Below, one piece after another: positions 20,499 to 29,732 of a stretch of 64,000 bases of DNA (position 1 is its first letter; each line of letters starts with the position of its first letter). Position numbers and translations under genes: made by a program. Where the stretch lies: the IMG/VR virus record IMGVR_UViG_3300032323_001173; one strand, given 5' to 3'. The notes beneath the pieces were generated by a model. That model was given only the letters and a program-made list of their open reading frames with translations. It ran no database searches and was not told the DNA's origin. The stretch is from an uncultured virus (IMG/VR IMGVR_UViG_3300032323_001173). Taxonomy: Duplodnaviria; Heunggongvirae; Uroviricota; Caudoviricetes.

Positions 20499-21664
20499 TT
20501 TTTAAGAATAAGTTCCCTAACGCACCTGATGTATCTGTTGTACTAAGTGGCGTTGCCGTTGACTACAACAGTATTGAATCAATATCTTTTGAGTTAACTG
20601 AGGATGCTCATGACATTGCGTCAATTACATTTGCGGGACTTATTCCTAACGCCATCACTGACTATGTTGGTGCGCCAGTGTTTATATCTATTGGAATCAG
20701 CCAGACACGGTTTACGTCTTTTTATGGGTATGTCTCGTATGTTTCTCCAGAAAGCATAACTAGGCGTGGGTTAATTAATAACAGCCCGTTTCAACGTGCC
20801 ACAGTAGTGTGCTTTGGAGCAAGTTATGACATGTCTGAAAAGAAGCATACTGTTTGGGAAAGTACGTCTATTCCATTAATTGTTGAAAAGATTGCAAATA
20901 GGTATAAGTACTCATACTCAGTTCCTAATGATTACTTTACTTGGAACAGACTATTACAAGATGGTATTTCTGATTGGGACTTTTTAAAACAAGTGTGTTC
21001 TAGTGTTGGGTATTGCGTACATGTCAGTGGTACCCATATAAACATTTATGACCCATACACACTGTTGGCAAGAAAACTGCCTTATGTTGAATTACTTAGT
21101 CTTCGTGGAACTAATGCAGACGTGACCTATGGACCTGGTCGTATTATGGAATTTAGTGGTACGTTTGGTGATGTCACCCCTGATGGAACATCGGCAGACT
21201 ATGAGTACACAGGCATTGACTCATCAGGAAAAGCCGTTGTAGTGTACGTTGGTACTGAATACTCAACAAAGTTAGGAGAGGTAGTACCTGCTGGGTACAC
21301 CCACTATGAAACAGTCAACACAGGATCTGTTGAAATGTTGACAAAGTATGCTGTAGGAAAGATGAAGAAGCGTTACCCATATAACGCAAAAGTAATAATT
21401 ACAGGAGTACCTGACCCGATCCCAGGATCTATTGCAAAGGTAAACAACTACGATTCTAAATTTGATGGTTTGTGGATTGTTAAAAGTGTCAAGCACACCG
21501 TGACAAGGTCTAATTACCTAACAGAGGTGACCATTGCTACAGACTCAACTAATGATGCTACCCCTTCAATAACCCCTACAACACCTTTTGTGACTCCCCC
21601 AGTTCCCACTTTGTTAGACAATGTATGGATTGCCAGCCAAATGGATGCAATGGTTTATGCTTAG
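20495..21664 (+). CDS. Baseplate hub (gpD/VgrG-like)
   Basis: Q...SDWDFL and DGLWIVKSVKH motifs; follows LysM gene. Confidence 0.75.
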   Translation: MIFKNKFPNAPDVSVVLSGVAVDYNSIESISFELTEDAHDIASITFAGLIPNAITDYVGAPVFISIGISQTRFTSFYGYVSYVSPESITRRGLINNSPFQRATVVCFGASYDMSEKKHTVWESTSIPLIVEKIANRYKYSYSVPNDYFTWNRLLQDGISDWDFLKQVCSSVGYCVHVSGTHINIYDPYTLLARKLPYVELLSLRGTNADVTYGPGRIMEFSGTFGDVTPDGTSADYEYTGIDSSGKAVVVYVGTEYSTKLGEVVPAGYTHYETVNTGSVEMLTKYAVGKMKKRYPYNAKVIITGVPDPIPGSIAKVNNYDSKFDGLWIVKSVKHTVTRSNYLTEVTIATDSTNDATPSITPTTPFVTPPVPTLLDNVWIASQMDAMVYA

Positions 21665-21902
21665 TGCTCCTGTATACCGTGCACGTGTTGTCTATTCGGA
21701 TGCCACCACAGGCGCCATTAAAGTACAAGCCCCTGCCCTGTGCGGCGCCAATAGCGTTTTGCCTATTTCGTATGTAGGGCGCTATGCGGTTGATGGCGTA
21801 TGGGCAGTGCCTCCCGTTGGGATGCAGGTAGTGATTACCTCAGACGATGCTAATTTAACCAATGTCTTTATTTTAAACGTGACTCCGCCTACTGGGGCAT
21901 GA
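21657..21902 (+). CDS. Baseplate spike (gpV OB-fold), short
   Basis: YRARVV...GAIKVQAP...VPPVG.QV pattern. Confidence 0.7.
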   Translation: MLSAPVYRARVVYSDATTGAIKVQAPALCGANSVLPISYVGRYAVDGVWAVPPVGMQVVITSDDANLTNVFILNVTPPTGA

Positions 21903-21925
21903 AGTAAACTGGAATTTAGGTACCT

Positions 21926-22342
21926 ATGTCAACTTTTAAAACTCCATTTTATATTACTGAGGCTGGACGAGTCGCTGTAGAAAAGAACCCTAACAAGGGA
22001 ATTGAACAGCAGATTATTGACGTCTTGACCACTGCACCTTTTGAACGCCCCATGAACCCAGGGTATGGCGCCAATGCGATGAGTTTGCTGTACGAGCCTG
22101 TAGATGAACTGCTGTACTCTGAATTTAAAACAGATGCATTACTTGCTTTGTCACAACGGGTATCGTCTGCTTCAATTGTTAATTTAGTAATTAGACCATC
22201 AACCACAGTAAACTATGCACAAAATGGTGAGACTGTTGGCTTAGAAATAAAGGTGCAATACCGTACAAACTTGTCAAGCACCCAGACCCTTTCATTTAAA
22301 TTAGCAGTCCCAAGTGAACTTACCGAGGAGTTTGCAATATGA
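21926..22342 (+). CDS. Baseplate wedge gp25/gpW-like protein
   Basis: L.T...ERPMNPGYG motif. Confidence 0.85.
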   Translation: MSTFKTPFYITEAGRVAVEKNPNKGIEQQIIDVLTTAPFERPMNPGYGANAMSLLYEPVDELLYSEFKTDALLALSQRVSSASIVNLVIRPSTTVNYAQNGETVGLEIKVQYRTNLSSTQTLSFKLAVPSELTEEFAI

Positions 22343-23910
22343 GCACTTTTGATTACACCAGCCGAGACTATGCGTCTATTCAAACGGATCTTCTTGCCCG
22401 TGCATCAAGTTATATCCCTGAATGGACTGCACGAGACCAATCTGACTTTGGCATGATGATGGTTGACCTATGGGCGTACATGGGAGACATCCTTCATTAT
22501 TATGTTGACCGTGCGGCTCAAGAATCATTTATTAATACAGCAACAAAACGTGAAAGCGTTATGGCGATTGCAAATTTGTTGGACTATGTTCCAAAAGGTA
22601 GAAAGCCAGCACGAACTTCTATTACGTTAAATGCTCAAAACACAACGGCTACCGATTCGGCTCCTATTTATATTCCACAGTACACACGTTTTCTAGCCAC
22701 TCCTTTATTGGATACAGCGTCTCCCGTTATCTTTACTTTAAATACTCCTGTTGCATTTGTTGCTACATCTTCTGGAGCAAGTGCGAACTTAGTAGTAGAT
22801 GGTGTTACGTATAGCACTTACCCAAAAACTACCCCAGTGTCAGCAATTCTTACAGAAGGCGAGCGTTTCACAGAAACATATACCGCTACAGGATTGGCTG
22901 GTCAACAAATCAAACTTCGTCAAACAGGTGTAGTAACAGAAAGTATCACAGTTGACGTAAGTGAAGGTGCTTCAGGAGCAGATGTACGTTATACGTATAT
23001 TGACCGAATGAGTAATGCAACTAATAACAACAAGGTGTACACCGTTAACTTACTGGCAGATAACTACAGCGTTGTAACGTTTGGTGGAGGTATTAACGGA
23101 AAGATACCTAACGTTAACTCAACTATCACAATCACATACCGACGTAGCCGAGGATCGGCAGGAAACGTAAACGTTGGAGCCGTGTATGGAATTGAAAGTT
23201 ATACAGTTCCTAACAAACCATCACTGGATGGTTTGGTAATAGTTCCAAACACAACCAAAGCCGTAGGTGGTAGTGACCCTGAATCCATGGACTCTATTCG
23301 CCTTAATGCTCCAGCAATGTTTAGAACTCAAGACCGAGCCGTGTCTTTGCAAGACTACAAAGACCTTGTAAAACGTGTTCCAGGAATTGTTCGTTCTACG
23401 GCTTACTTAAGTGGTACCACTGTCCTTATTCGTGCCACTACAACCCCTTCAGACTATGGTTCTACCAACACGTTGGTACTGACTACTGATGAAGTACAGT
23501 CAATTGTGGACTACCTAGAACCACGTGAAATCACTTTTGTTACTTCAACTGTAGGTGCATCTGTAACTTTGACACCCGTTAACTTGGTGGGCACAGTTCA
23601 AATTAAGAGTGGTTACATTCAAGAAGTGGTATACGACAATGTGGTTACAGCAGTCAAAAACTTGTTAAGTTTTGACAACGTTGACTTTGGTGGAAGCCTT
23701 TCATTGGGAGATGTTTACCGAGCAATACTGGCAGTTGACGGTGTGGACTATACACACCTCACCAGATTCACTACTACAGGATCAAACGTAATTGATACTT
23801 CTGGAACGTTTATAGGTGTGTCTGCGGGAGATGAGTCAATGCTTGTGTTTAGTACTACATCCACATTTACCATCACACCTAGCGGTGGAATTGTTGCTTC
23901 AGGAGCATAA
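22339..23910 (+). CDS. Baseplate J / T4 gp6-like wedge protein
   Basis: DYTSRDY, SDFG, GGSDPES..SIR..AP...RTQDRAVS..DY motifs. Confidence 0.9.
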   Translation: MSTFDYTSRDYASIQTDLLARASSYIPEWTARDQSDFGMMMVDLWAYMGDILHYYVDRAAQESFINTATKRESVMAIANLLDYVPKGRKPARTSITLNAQNTTATDSAPIYIPQYTRFLATPLLDTASPVIFTLNTPVAFVATSSGASANLVVDGVTYSTYPKTTPVSAILTEGERFTETYTATGLAGQQIKLRQTGVVTESITVDVSEGASGADVRYTYIDRMSNATNNNKVYTVNLLADNYSVVTFGGGINGKIPNVNSTITITYRRSRGSAGNVNVGAVYGIESYTVPNKPSLDGLVIVPNTTKAVGGSDPESMDSIRLNAPAMFRTQDRAVSLQDYKDLVKRVPGIVRSTAYLSGTTVLIRATTTPSDYGSTNTLVLTTDEVQSIVDYLEPREITFVTSTVGASVTLTPVNLVGTVQIKSGYIQEVVYDNVVTAVKNLLSFDNVDFGGSLSLGDVYRAILAVDGVDYTHLTRFTTTGSNVIDTSGTFIGVSAGDESMLVFSTTSTFTITPSGGIVASGA

Positions 23911-25535
23911 TGGCACGCCAATCATTTAGAATTCGCCGCTCTAGTGGTGCTGGAGATTCCGTAGGCGTTGGTTCGTTTTTACGAGGTACTGACGCTTTAC
24001 AAGAAACCGCAGGTGCTATTGACTTTGACCAAGACTCAGCAATTCGCTCCACAGGTATTATCACTACAATCCCTACAGTAAGCGTAGGTACGTTTAATGC
24101 ATCAGCCATTGAACACAATGGTGTGCTCCTTTCTTGGGAACTTAGCGACCCTTTTGTGAACGTTGCAGATATTGGAACTGGTGAAAGTGGGCTTCTAAGT
24201 GTCTTGGTTGTCTATTCAAAAACTGGATACCCACGAACCGTCCTTGATGGAAAAGTAATATTTGAAGGAGCAACTTCAAATTACCTGCATCAAGAAAGTT
24301 ATGACATCACAACCGATCTTGGGGTAGTTGAAATTAACGAACCCGAATCGGGTCAGTGGGCTTATTACTCATTGTTTGGGTACTTCAACAATGATGGAGT
24401 AAACGGAGATTACTTTTATCAAAACTTAAGTTCTCTTCAAGAACTAGTTCCTTACGATTGGGGTTCTAAACAGGAACTGTGGAAGAAGATACCGTTTTAT
24501 TACCGAGAAGCAGATACTCAAAATAATAATCAACTTGAGCGTTTTTTAGATACGTTTGGTTTTGAAGTAGATAGAACACGAACTCTCATTAATAATTTAA
24601 TGGTTCAATATGACCCTGCATTCTCTAGTGCAGATGTTGTAGACCAGTTGGCAAAGACGATTGGTCTTGAACTGTCTGTTAATGACATTGGTGTGTCTAA
24701 AGTACGTGCGTTACTTAATGACATTGGCATTTTGCGCCGAACCAAGGGAACTTTGGGCACGACTGAGGATTATTTAACAGCCGTAAGCGGTGCCAATATC
24801 ACCACCTTTACGGGAGCCTCTGCCCCGTATTACACCTTTGCAGTCCACGCCGAGCGTATTAACTTGGTAGCAAACCCACGTTTTGTTGGGTCGGTGTCAT
24901 GGAACGTAGCATCTGAATACTCAGTTACTACAACAAGTGCCTCAAGTGGAATCACGATTACTGCTGGTGGGGCTGACACCAAAGTAGCCATTCGCTCAAC
25001 CGTAGGGGTGCCTGTACAAGCCGACACGGTTTACTATATGTCGTCAGATATCACAGGGGCATCTGCACCCAACGTTGTGTATGGAGGTCTTTGGCATACA
25101 GGAGCCTCTTGGAATAACTGGGGAGGGCTAACTACCGCCGCTGATGAAGTACCTATGGGTATTGATAACCGTTTCTATTATGAAATGGATACGGTGGCTA
25201 CTACGGGGACGTACTATCCAGTATTTGTAATGAAACTTAAAGCGGGGCAAGCAATCACATTTAAAAACTGGATGGTAGAACCCAATAGAACGGGTGGATT
25301 CTTTGACGGAGACAGTGTGTTTGGTGGGTACCTTTACCAAGGATTCTCATCGGATTACCGTTGGTTTGGTACAGCATATGCGTCTTACTCTCTCTACACA
25401 ACGGATCGTCAACGAACGCAGGATGCCATCACCAGATTGTTGCCACAAATCCTTCCAGTCACTATGCTAGGTACCGAAAGCGGACAGCCTAGATATCAAG
25501 TGCAGTTTGATTGGATTCCTGGAAGGACATTATGA
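23910..25535 (+). CDS. Baseplate wedge/tail protein (P2 gpI-like)
   Basis: IP.YYR..D...LERFL..FG and R.KGT motifs; follows baseplate J. Confidence 0.7.
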   Translation: MARQSFRIRRSSGAGDSVGVGSFLRGTDALQETAGAIDFDQDSAIRSTGIITTIPTVSVGTFNASAIEHNGVLLSWELSDPFVNVADIGTGESGLLSVLVVYSKTGYPRTVLDGKVIFEGATSNYLHQESYDITTDLGVVEINEPESGQWAYYSLFGYFNNDGVNGDYFYQNLSSLQELVPYDWGSKQELWKKIPFYYREADTQNNNQLERFLDTFGFEVDRTRTLINNLMVQYDPAFSSADVVDQLAKTIGLELSVNDIGVSKVRALLNDIGILRRTKGTLGTTEDYLTAVSGANITTFTGASAPYYTFAVHAERINLVANPRFVGSVSWNVASEYSVTTTSASSGITITAGGADTKVAIRSTVGVPVQADTVYYMSSDITGASAPNVVYGGLWHTGASWNNWGGLTTAADEVPMGIDNRFYYEMDTVATTGTYYPVFVMKLKAGQAITFKNWMVEPNRTGGFFDGDSVFGGYLYQGFSSDYRWFGTAYASYSLYTTDRQRTQDAITRLLPQILPVTMLGTESGQPRYQVQFDWIPGRTL

Positions 25536-25786
25536 CCTACGTAATTGCTGGGTTAGCGGTATATAAGTTAATTCAAGTTCTTGATCTACTTGCCCCACGT
25601 GATGCAATGCCTTGGGTAAAGGTACTACTTGCGGTGATTTTTAGTTATGGAATAAGTTTTGTAGTTCAGATTGATGAGTTGTGGACTTCGGGGTTGGTAG
25701 TCGCTACACTTGCTGGCGCCACACATACCCTGCTACGGTTACTAACCCTTACAGGAGATATGGCACAACGTAGATCAATGAAATAG
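25532..25786 (+). CDS. Multi-TM small membrane protein (holin candidate)
   Basis: Three hydrophobic segments at the end of the tail module. Confidence 0.5.
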   Translation: MTYVIAGLAVYKLIQVLDLLAPRDAMPWVKVLLAVIFSYGISFVVQIDELWTSGLVVATLAGATHTLLRLLTLTGDMAQRRSMK

Positions 25787-25795
25787 GAGGACAAG

Positions 25796-26623
25796 GTGTT
25801 AAAGAAGTACGGTGTTTTAGGAACAGGCAGAACTAGCAAGAACATTATTGAGGATGCCCTCAACGAACTGGGTGTAGACAACGATTTCGTTGTTACCTGT
25901 GGTGGCAAACCATCTGAATCAGAGTCACGAGTAATCAACTGGCTGATTGACATGGAAGTCAACTTCATGCTTACCCACAATGGGAAAGCCCCTGCGGAGT
26001 TTATTGAAAAGGCTTCAGTTGAACGACTAGACGCAAATCCAGCAAGAGACATTATTAAATACTTGTCCAAGACCAATGGAACTCTTTTACTTCTTTGGGA
26101 TGACTCATTGGTACCTGAGATGGAAGAAATCTGTTTTGATGCCGCTGATGCTGGAGTACCTATCCTTGATTTGACCAACGGTTTGGTTCCTATTGTCGTT
26201 GATATCACTCCTGAAGATAAACCAGAACCAGTACCAACTGAAGAAGTTGAGATTGAACCATTTAGTCGTGATGAGATGCTTTCAATGTCCATTGGTGTGC
26301 TACGGAAGACAGCCAAGTCTCAAGGGATTCAAGCAGGTACAAACATGACTAAAGAACAAATTGTGGATGCAATCCTTGGTGACAACCAATTAACAGAACC
26401 ATCACTTCAAGAACTACGTCAGCAGGACGAGGAAGAAGAGATTCTTCCTCCAATTGATTTAGGTACATTCCACGTTGTAAGTAGCGCTACAAACGACCGA
26501 GCGATTACTAGTTCTTACAACACATGCATGCTTACGGCAACATTCCCTAGCGGAGTAATCATGAGCCGTCCTGCAAACGTGGAAGAAGTCAAACAGTTGT
26601 TTGGCTTCGGTGCAACTATTTAG
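25796..26623 (+). CDS. Hypothetical protein (Rossmann-like N-terminus, HeH/Rho-N-like motif)
   Basis: YGVLGTG start; LRKTAKSQGI...TKEQIVDAIL; SD AGGAGG. Confidence 0.55.
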   Translation: MLKKYGVLGTGRTSKNIIEDALNELGVDNDFVVTCGGKPSESESRVINWLIDMEVNFMLTHNGKAPAEFIEKASVERLDANPARDIIKYLSKTNGTLLLLWDDSLVPEMEEICFDAADAGVPILDLTNGLVPIVVDITPEDKPEPVPTEEVEIEPFSRDEMLSMSIGVLRKTAKSQGIQAGTNMTKEQIVDAILGDNQLTEPSLQELRQQDEEEEILPPIDLGTFHVVSSATNDRAITSSYNTCMLTATFPSGVIMSRPANVEEVKQLFGFGATI

Positions 26624-27053
26624 TTGATGACCTCAACTGCCAACGCCACTTTTCATGCATGTCAATGCGTTCTGCGAGTAGGTTAGCAATACCCTGTTCG
26701 TCAGCGTCATTGGCGGCATGAAAGGTTTTGACAAGAGTTTCTAGGACTCCATCGTTTACTTTCAAGAGTGCTTTAGCCATTGCCTGTGGTTCTGGCTTAA
26801 CTTCTTTGGCTTCTACTGTGCGTAGTTCAGTGAACTTACTCAACGTAAACGGAGCGTATTCATCCATCTTGCGGATGCTCTCTGCCAATGGGTCAATACT
26901 GCTGTAGACATCTTCGTAGATCTCAGCAAATAATGCGTGGTACTGGCTGAAGTCTTGACCTTCTACGTTCCAGTGGTAACCATGTGCAACAAAATACATA
27001 GTGACTGTATCTGCCAACGCAACTTTCAATGAGTCAATTAAAGCCTTCACCAC
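26616..27053 (-). CDS. dps: Dps DNA-protecting ferritin-like protein
   Basis: HGYHWNVEG..F...H..F.EIYE...D.LAE.IR and HEK..WQL ferroxidase motifs. Confidence 0.93.
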   Translation of the reverse strand: MVKALIDSLKVALADTVTMYFVAHGYHWNVEGQDFSQYHALFAEIYEDVYSSIDPLAESIRKMDEYAPFTLSKFTELRTVEAKEVKPEPQAMAKALLKVNDGVLETLVKTFHAANDADEQGIANLLAERIDMHEKWRWQLRSSTK

Positions 27054-27316
27054 TTCACCTTGTCAGCCCAATAAGCGGCAGACATCTTTCCTTTAGAGAT
27101 GTTCTTTGCATGCCGTGCTTTAAATGAATCATTACGTGCAGACCCATCGGGTGAACCTTGTACCCCTTGTTGTCCAAAGCGAATAGTTTTAACTTGGTCT
27201 CCGACTTTTGCCACAACGATGTGTGACTTAGTTGGATGGTCAGGTGTTGCCTTTGGTTTGTTAAATCCAGATACACCAGCACGAGCCAGACGTGGATCTT
27301 TCTTACTTTCAGCCAT
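27047..27316 (-). CDS. Small basic phage protein
   Basis: NKPK.TP.HPTKSH.V.AK...IRFGQQG...FKARH...SAAYWADKVKW, a recurrent aquatic-phage family. Confidence 0.75.
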   Translation of the reverse strand: MAESKKDPRLARAGVSGFNKPKATPDHPTKSHIVVAKVGDQVKTIRFGQQGVQGSPDGSARNDSFKARHAKNISKGKMSAAYWADKVKW

Positions 27317-27480
27317 TACTTTTTACCTTTCTTACTGACAGCCATGTTGTCAACAAGGTTTGGATACGGACGCCCTGCGGCTTTTGCACGAGCCTTTGCT
27401 TCTGACTTTTGTTCAGGAGTCAGTTTGTCTGATTTCTTTTTAGGGTTGGGTTTGTCCCATACTTCTTTTTTAGATGCCAT
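27316..27480 (-). CDS. Small basic protein (54 aa, absent from the ORF track)
   Basis: MASKKEVWDKPNPKKK...AGRPYPNLVDNM; TAATG coupling; TAAACT 6 nt upstream. Confidence 0.7.
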   Translation of the reverse strand: MASKKEVWDKPNPKKKSDKLTPEQKSEAKARAKAAGRPYPNLVDNMAVSKKGKK

Positions 27481-27495
27481 CAAATAAGTTTAGCG

Positions 27496-27639
27496 GTTGG
27501 GAGGAGAGCCGTTAACACGGGTGGGGGAGAAAGGAGGGAAAGCCCCCACTCTGTCGTCCTGAGGAGGTCGCCCTCCTCCCAACACTCTAAACACTTTAGC
27601 ACCCGATCAGGAAAGTGCTAAAAGCGCTGGCGAGAGTGT
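27496..27639 (+). ncRNA. Candidate structured RNA/leader upstream of the replication initiator
   Basis: Nested stems 27496-27506/27573-27583, 27521-27527/27543-27549, 27582-27588/27633-27639 and 27595-27602/27615-27622. Confidence 0.5.
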
Positions 27640-27675
27640 AGCATGGCGACCCTATATAACAACCTGAGGAGAAGT

Positions 27676-28161
27676 ATGGCAAGAAACAATAAGTTGAGCG
27701 GACCCTTTTTACCCGTCCCAAGATGGGTGCTTCCATACATCGCTACGGATTACATTTCGCATGCGGTACTAAACCATATGCTCCAGTACCTGCACCCAGA
27801 TACCCAAGAACTGACGACCTCGTACCAGCACATTGCTGACCAGTTGGGCTGTGACCGCCGAACCGTAATTCGGTCAATGAAGCGACTGGAGGAGATTGGT
27901 TTAATCGTTAAACAACACCGTGTGACTCGCAACAACAAGAACTTAACGAACCGTTACTACGTCAACTTTAACAACCCACTAGTGACACACGAGTCACCCC
28001 TAGTAGTGTCTGTGGAGACACTAGGTAGTGTCACGGGAGACACCACTAGTAGTGTCACGGGTGACACCCAATCAAGAGTAACTAACAAGAGTAATAAAAT
28101 CAAGAAGGGGAAAAATTCAACAAAAGTAGATCAGAGGTTGATGGATGAAAAATCAATCTGA
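27676..28161 (+). CDS. HTH replication initiator (lambda O-like organisation)
   Basis: SYQHIADQLGCDRRTVIRSMKRLEEIGLI wHTH, N.Y motif, internal iterons; SD GAGGAG before ATG 27676. Confidence 0.8.
   Translation: MARNNKLSGPFLPVPRWVLPYIATDYISHAVLNHMLQYLHPDTQELTTSYQHIADQLGCDRRTVIRSMKRLEEIGLIVKQHRVTRNNKNLTNRYYVNFNNPLVTHESPLVVSVETLGSVTGDTTSSVTGDTQSRVTNKSNKIKKGKNSTKVDQRLMDEKSI
27979..28069. repeat. Four iteron-like repeats (probable replication origin)
   Basis: GTGTC-N6-GACAC three times plus GTGAC-N6-GTCAC, at 22-25 nt spacing, followed by an A-rich tract. Confidence 0.75.
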
Positions 28162-28549
28162 CGACTGGGGCGTAGGTTTAGGCGAAGACACGGACAAAAA
28201 AGAACCCGCTTCAAAACAGAAGCGCCAAGATTCCCGAGGGTCGCTGGTCTACTTCTTCCGTGACAGCCTCCCCGCCGAGACGCTGGACAGGATCACCGCC
28301 CCAGTAAACGGACCCGCATTAATGAAGGGTTTTAAAAAACTTACTGACAAAGGCTTTACAACAGAACAAATTCGTGAAATGATCTTGACCTTCTCTAAGG
28401 AGATCACACGGAGACCGTTGCCAATAGAGGTGGCACCGTGGAGAGCCTTCTTAGCGAATCTAGATAAATATGCAAAGGATGGAAAGCATGAAAACAGATC
28501 ACCCGAGTCAACCGCACTTTCAATTGACCCACGACTCCAAGAAGAGTAA
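28145..28549 (+). CDS. Hypothetical replication-region protein
   Basis: 134-aa ORF between the initiator and the loader. Confidence 0.6.
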   Translation: MKNQSDDWGVGLGEDTDKKEPASKQKRQDSRGSLVYFFRDSLPAETLDRITAPVNGPALMKGFKKLTDKGFTTEQIREMILTFSKEITRRPLPIEVAPWRAFLANLDKYAKDGKHENRSPESTALSIDPRLQEE

Positions 28550-28667
28550 TAAATCGTTCATACGTTGTATTTCATGCAACGTAGTCTTTTTAGATAGCGA
28601 TGTGTATTTAACGCACCCGTGTGCTGTATCATCGTTAGCCCCTCACAAAATGGATGATCATGACTGA
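28488..28667 (+). CDS. Small Zn-finger-like protein
   Basis: CISC...H.C motif; fills the gap before the DnaC-like gene. Confidence 0.35.
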   Translation: MKTDHPSQPHFQLTHDSKKSNKSFIRCISCNVVFLDSDVYLTHPCAVSSLAPHKMDDHD

Positions 28668-29292
28668 TTGGAAGAGTAATAAGTACTGGCGTAACCGCCC
28701 AGTAGAAGAGCGCTTAAAGAACTTGCGCATACCACCAAGATATAAGAACTCCACGTTTGCCAACTATGACGTGGCACAAGGTTCTGAAGACTTTAAGAAA
28801 GCCATTGAAAAATGGTCAACCAACATTGACAAGCGGATGGAAGACGGAATGGGTCTGTACATCCATGGCAAAACAGGGTTAGGTAAAACACACATGGCTG
28901 TGTCGGCTTTACGTGAAGTCGTTTCAAAGCATGAACTCAGTGGATTGTTTTTGTCTTACGACATCTTTACCGAAATGGTTCACGACTCTCGTAACAATGA
29001 CGGAGAGTTGCCTGAGATGTATGGCGATCCAAACTTGCTTAAGTATATGCGCCGTGTGTATGACATTGTGGTGATTGACAACTTGAACGCTGATCGTTTG
29101 ACGGAGTACATGGCAAAGACCGTGTCAAACATGATTGAGTCTCGTTATGAAATGCAGTTGCCAACAATCTTTACAACCGAAATTGTTCCCGACAAGTTGT
29201 CCGCACTGTACAGTCCACGGGTGTACTCAATCATTAAGCAATCATGTTTTATGTTGGGTATCGCTGGCGAAGACTACAGGACAAAAGACTGA
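28660..29292 (+). CDS. DnaC/IstB-like helicase loader ATPase
   Basis: IPPRY...F, GKTGLGKT Walker A, VVIDN, R....LPTIFTT and G.DYR motifs. Confidence 0.88.
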   Translation: MTDWKSNKYWRNRPVEERLKNLRIPPRYKNSTFANYDVAQGSEDFKKAIEKWSTNIDKRMEDGMGLYIHGKTGLGKTHMAVSALREVVSKHELSGLFLSYDIFTEMVHDSRNNDGELPEMYGDPNLLKYMRRVYDIVVIDNLNADRLTEYMAKTVSNMIESRYEMQLPTIFTTEIVPDKLSALYSPRVYSIIKQSCFMLGIAGEDYRTKD

Positions 29293-29732
29293 TGCTCGGT
29301 AACGATATACAGTCATACGATGACGTTGGATACGGGGTTGTATTTGAAGACCTACTTGCAACACCGCCTGATGGATTAAAAGGTATTGGAAGTGCTTTAT
29401 ATCAAGCACGTAACAACTGGGAACGTGTATTGAAACTGTGGAAACCCAATGATCTTCCATTGAAGTCTTTGTATGACACAACCCATCGTTTGGGTATTGG
29501 TGCCGAGGTGTACACGTTTCTGTCGGAAGACGCTGTTGACGCAGTAGATAACTGGCTACAGCGTAAAGACATGTCATTGCCAGTTCTTTATTACAAGACC
29601 ATAAATGATCTTGAATATGATTTGCGTTTCAAACGATCAGTCCGTACAATCTTCGTCCCGCACCAAGAGCAAGCCTCCATACTTGGTATTCGTGCGACAG
29701 TTTCATCCTCCACTAGCGCTTGGGTTCTTTAA
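29292..29732 (+). CDS. Hypothetical protein (degenerate HAD-like)
   Basis: TGATG coupling; VVFEDLLA. Confidence 0.55.
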   Translation: MLGNDIQSYDDVGYGVVFEDLLATPPDGLKGIGSALYQARNNWERVLKLWKPNDLPLKSLYDTTHRLGIGAEVYTFLSEDAVDAVDNWLQRKDMSLPVLYYKTINDLEYDLRFKRSVRTIFVPHQEQASILGIRATVSSSTSAWVL

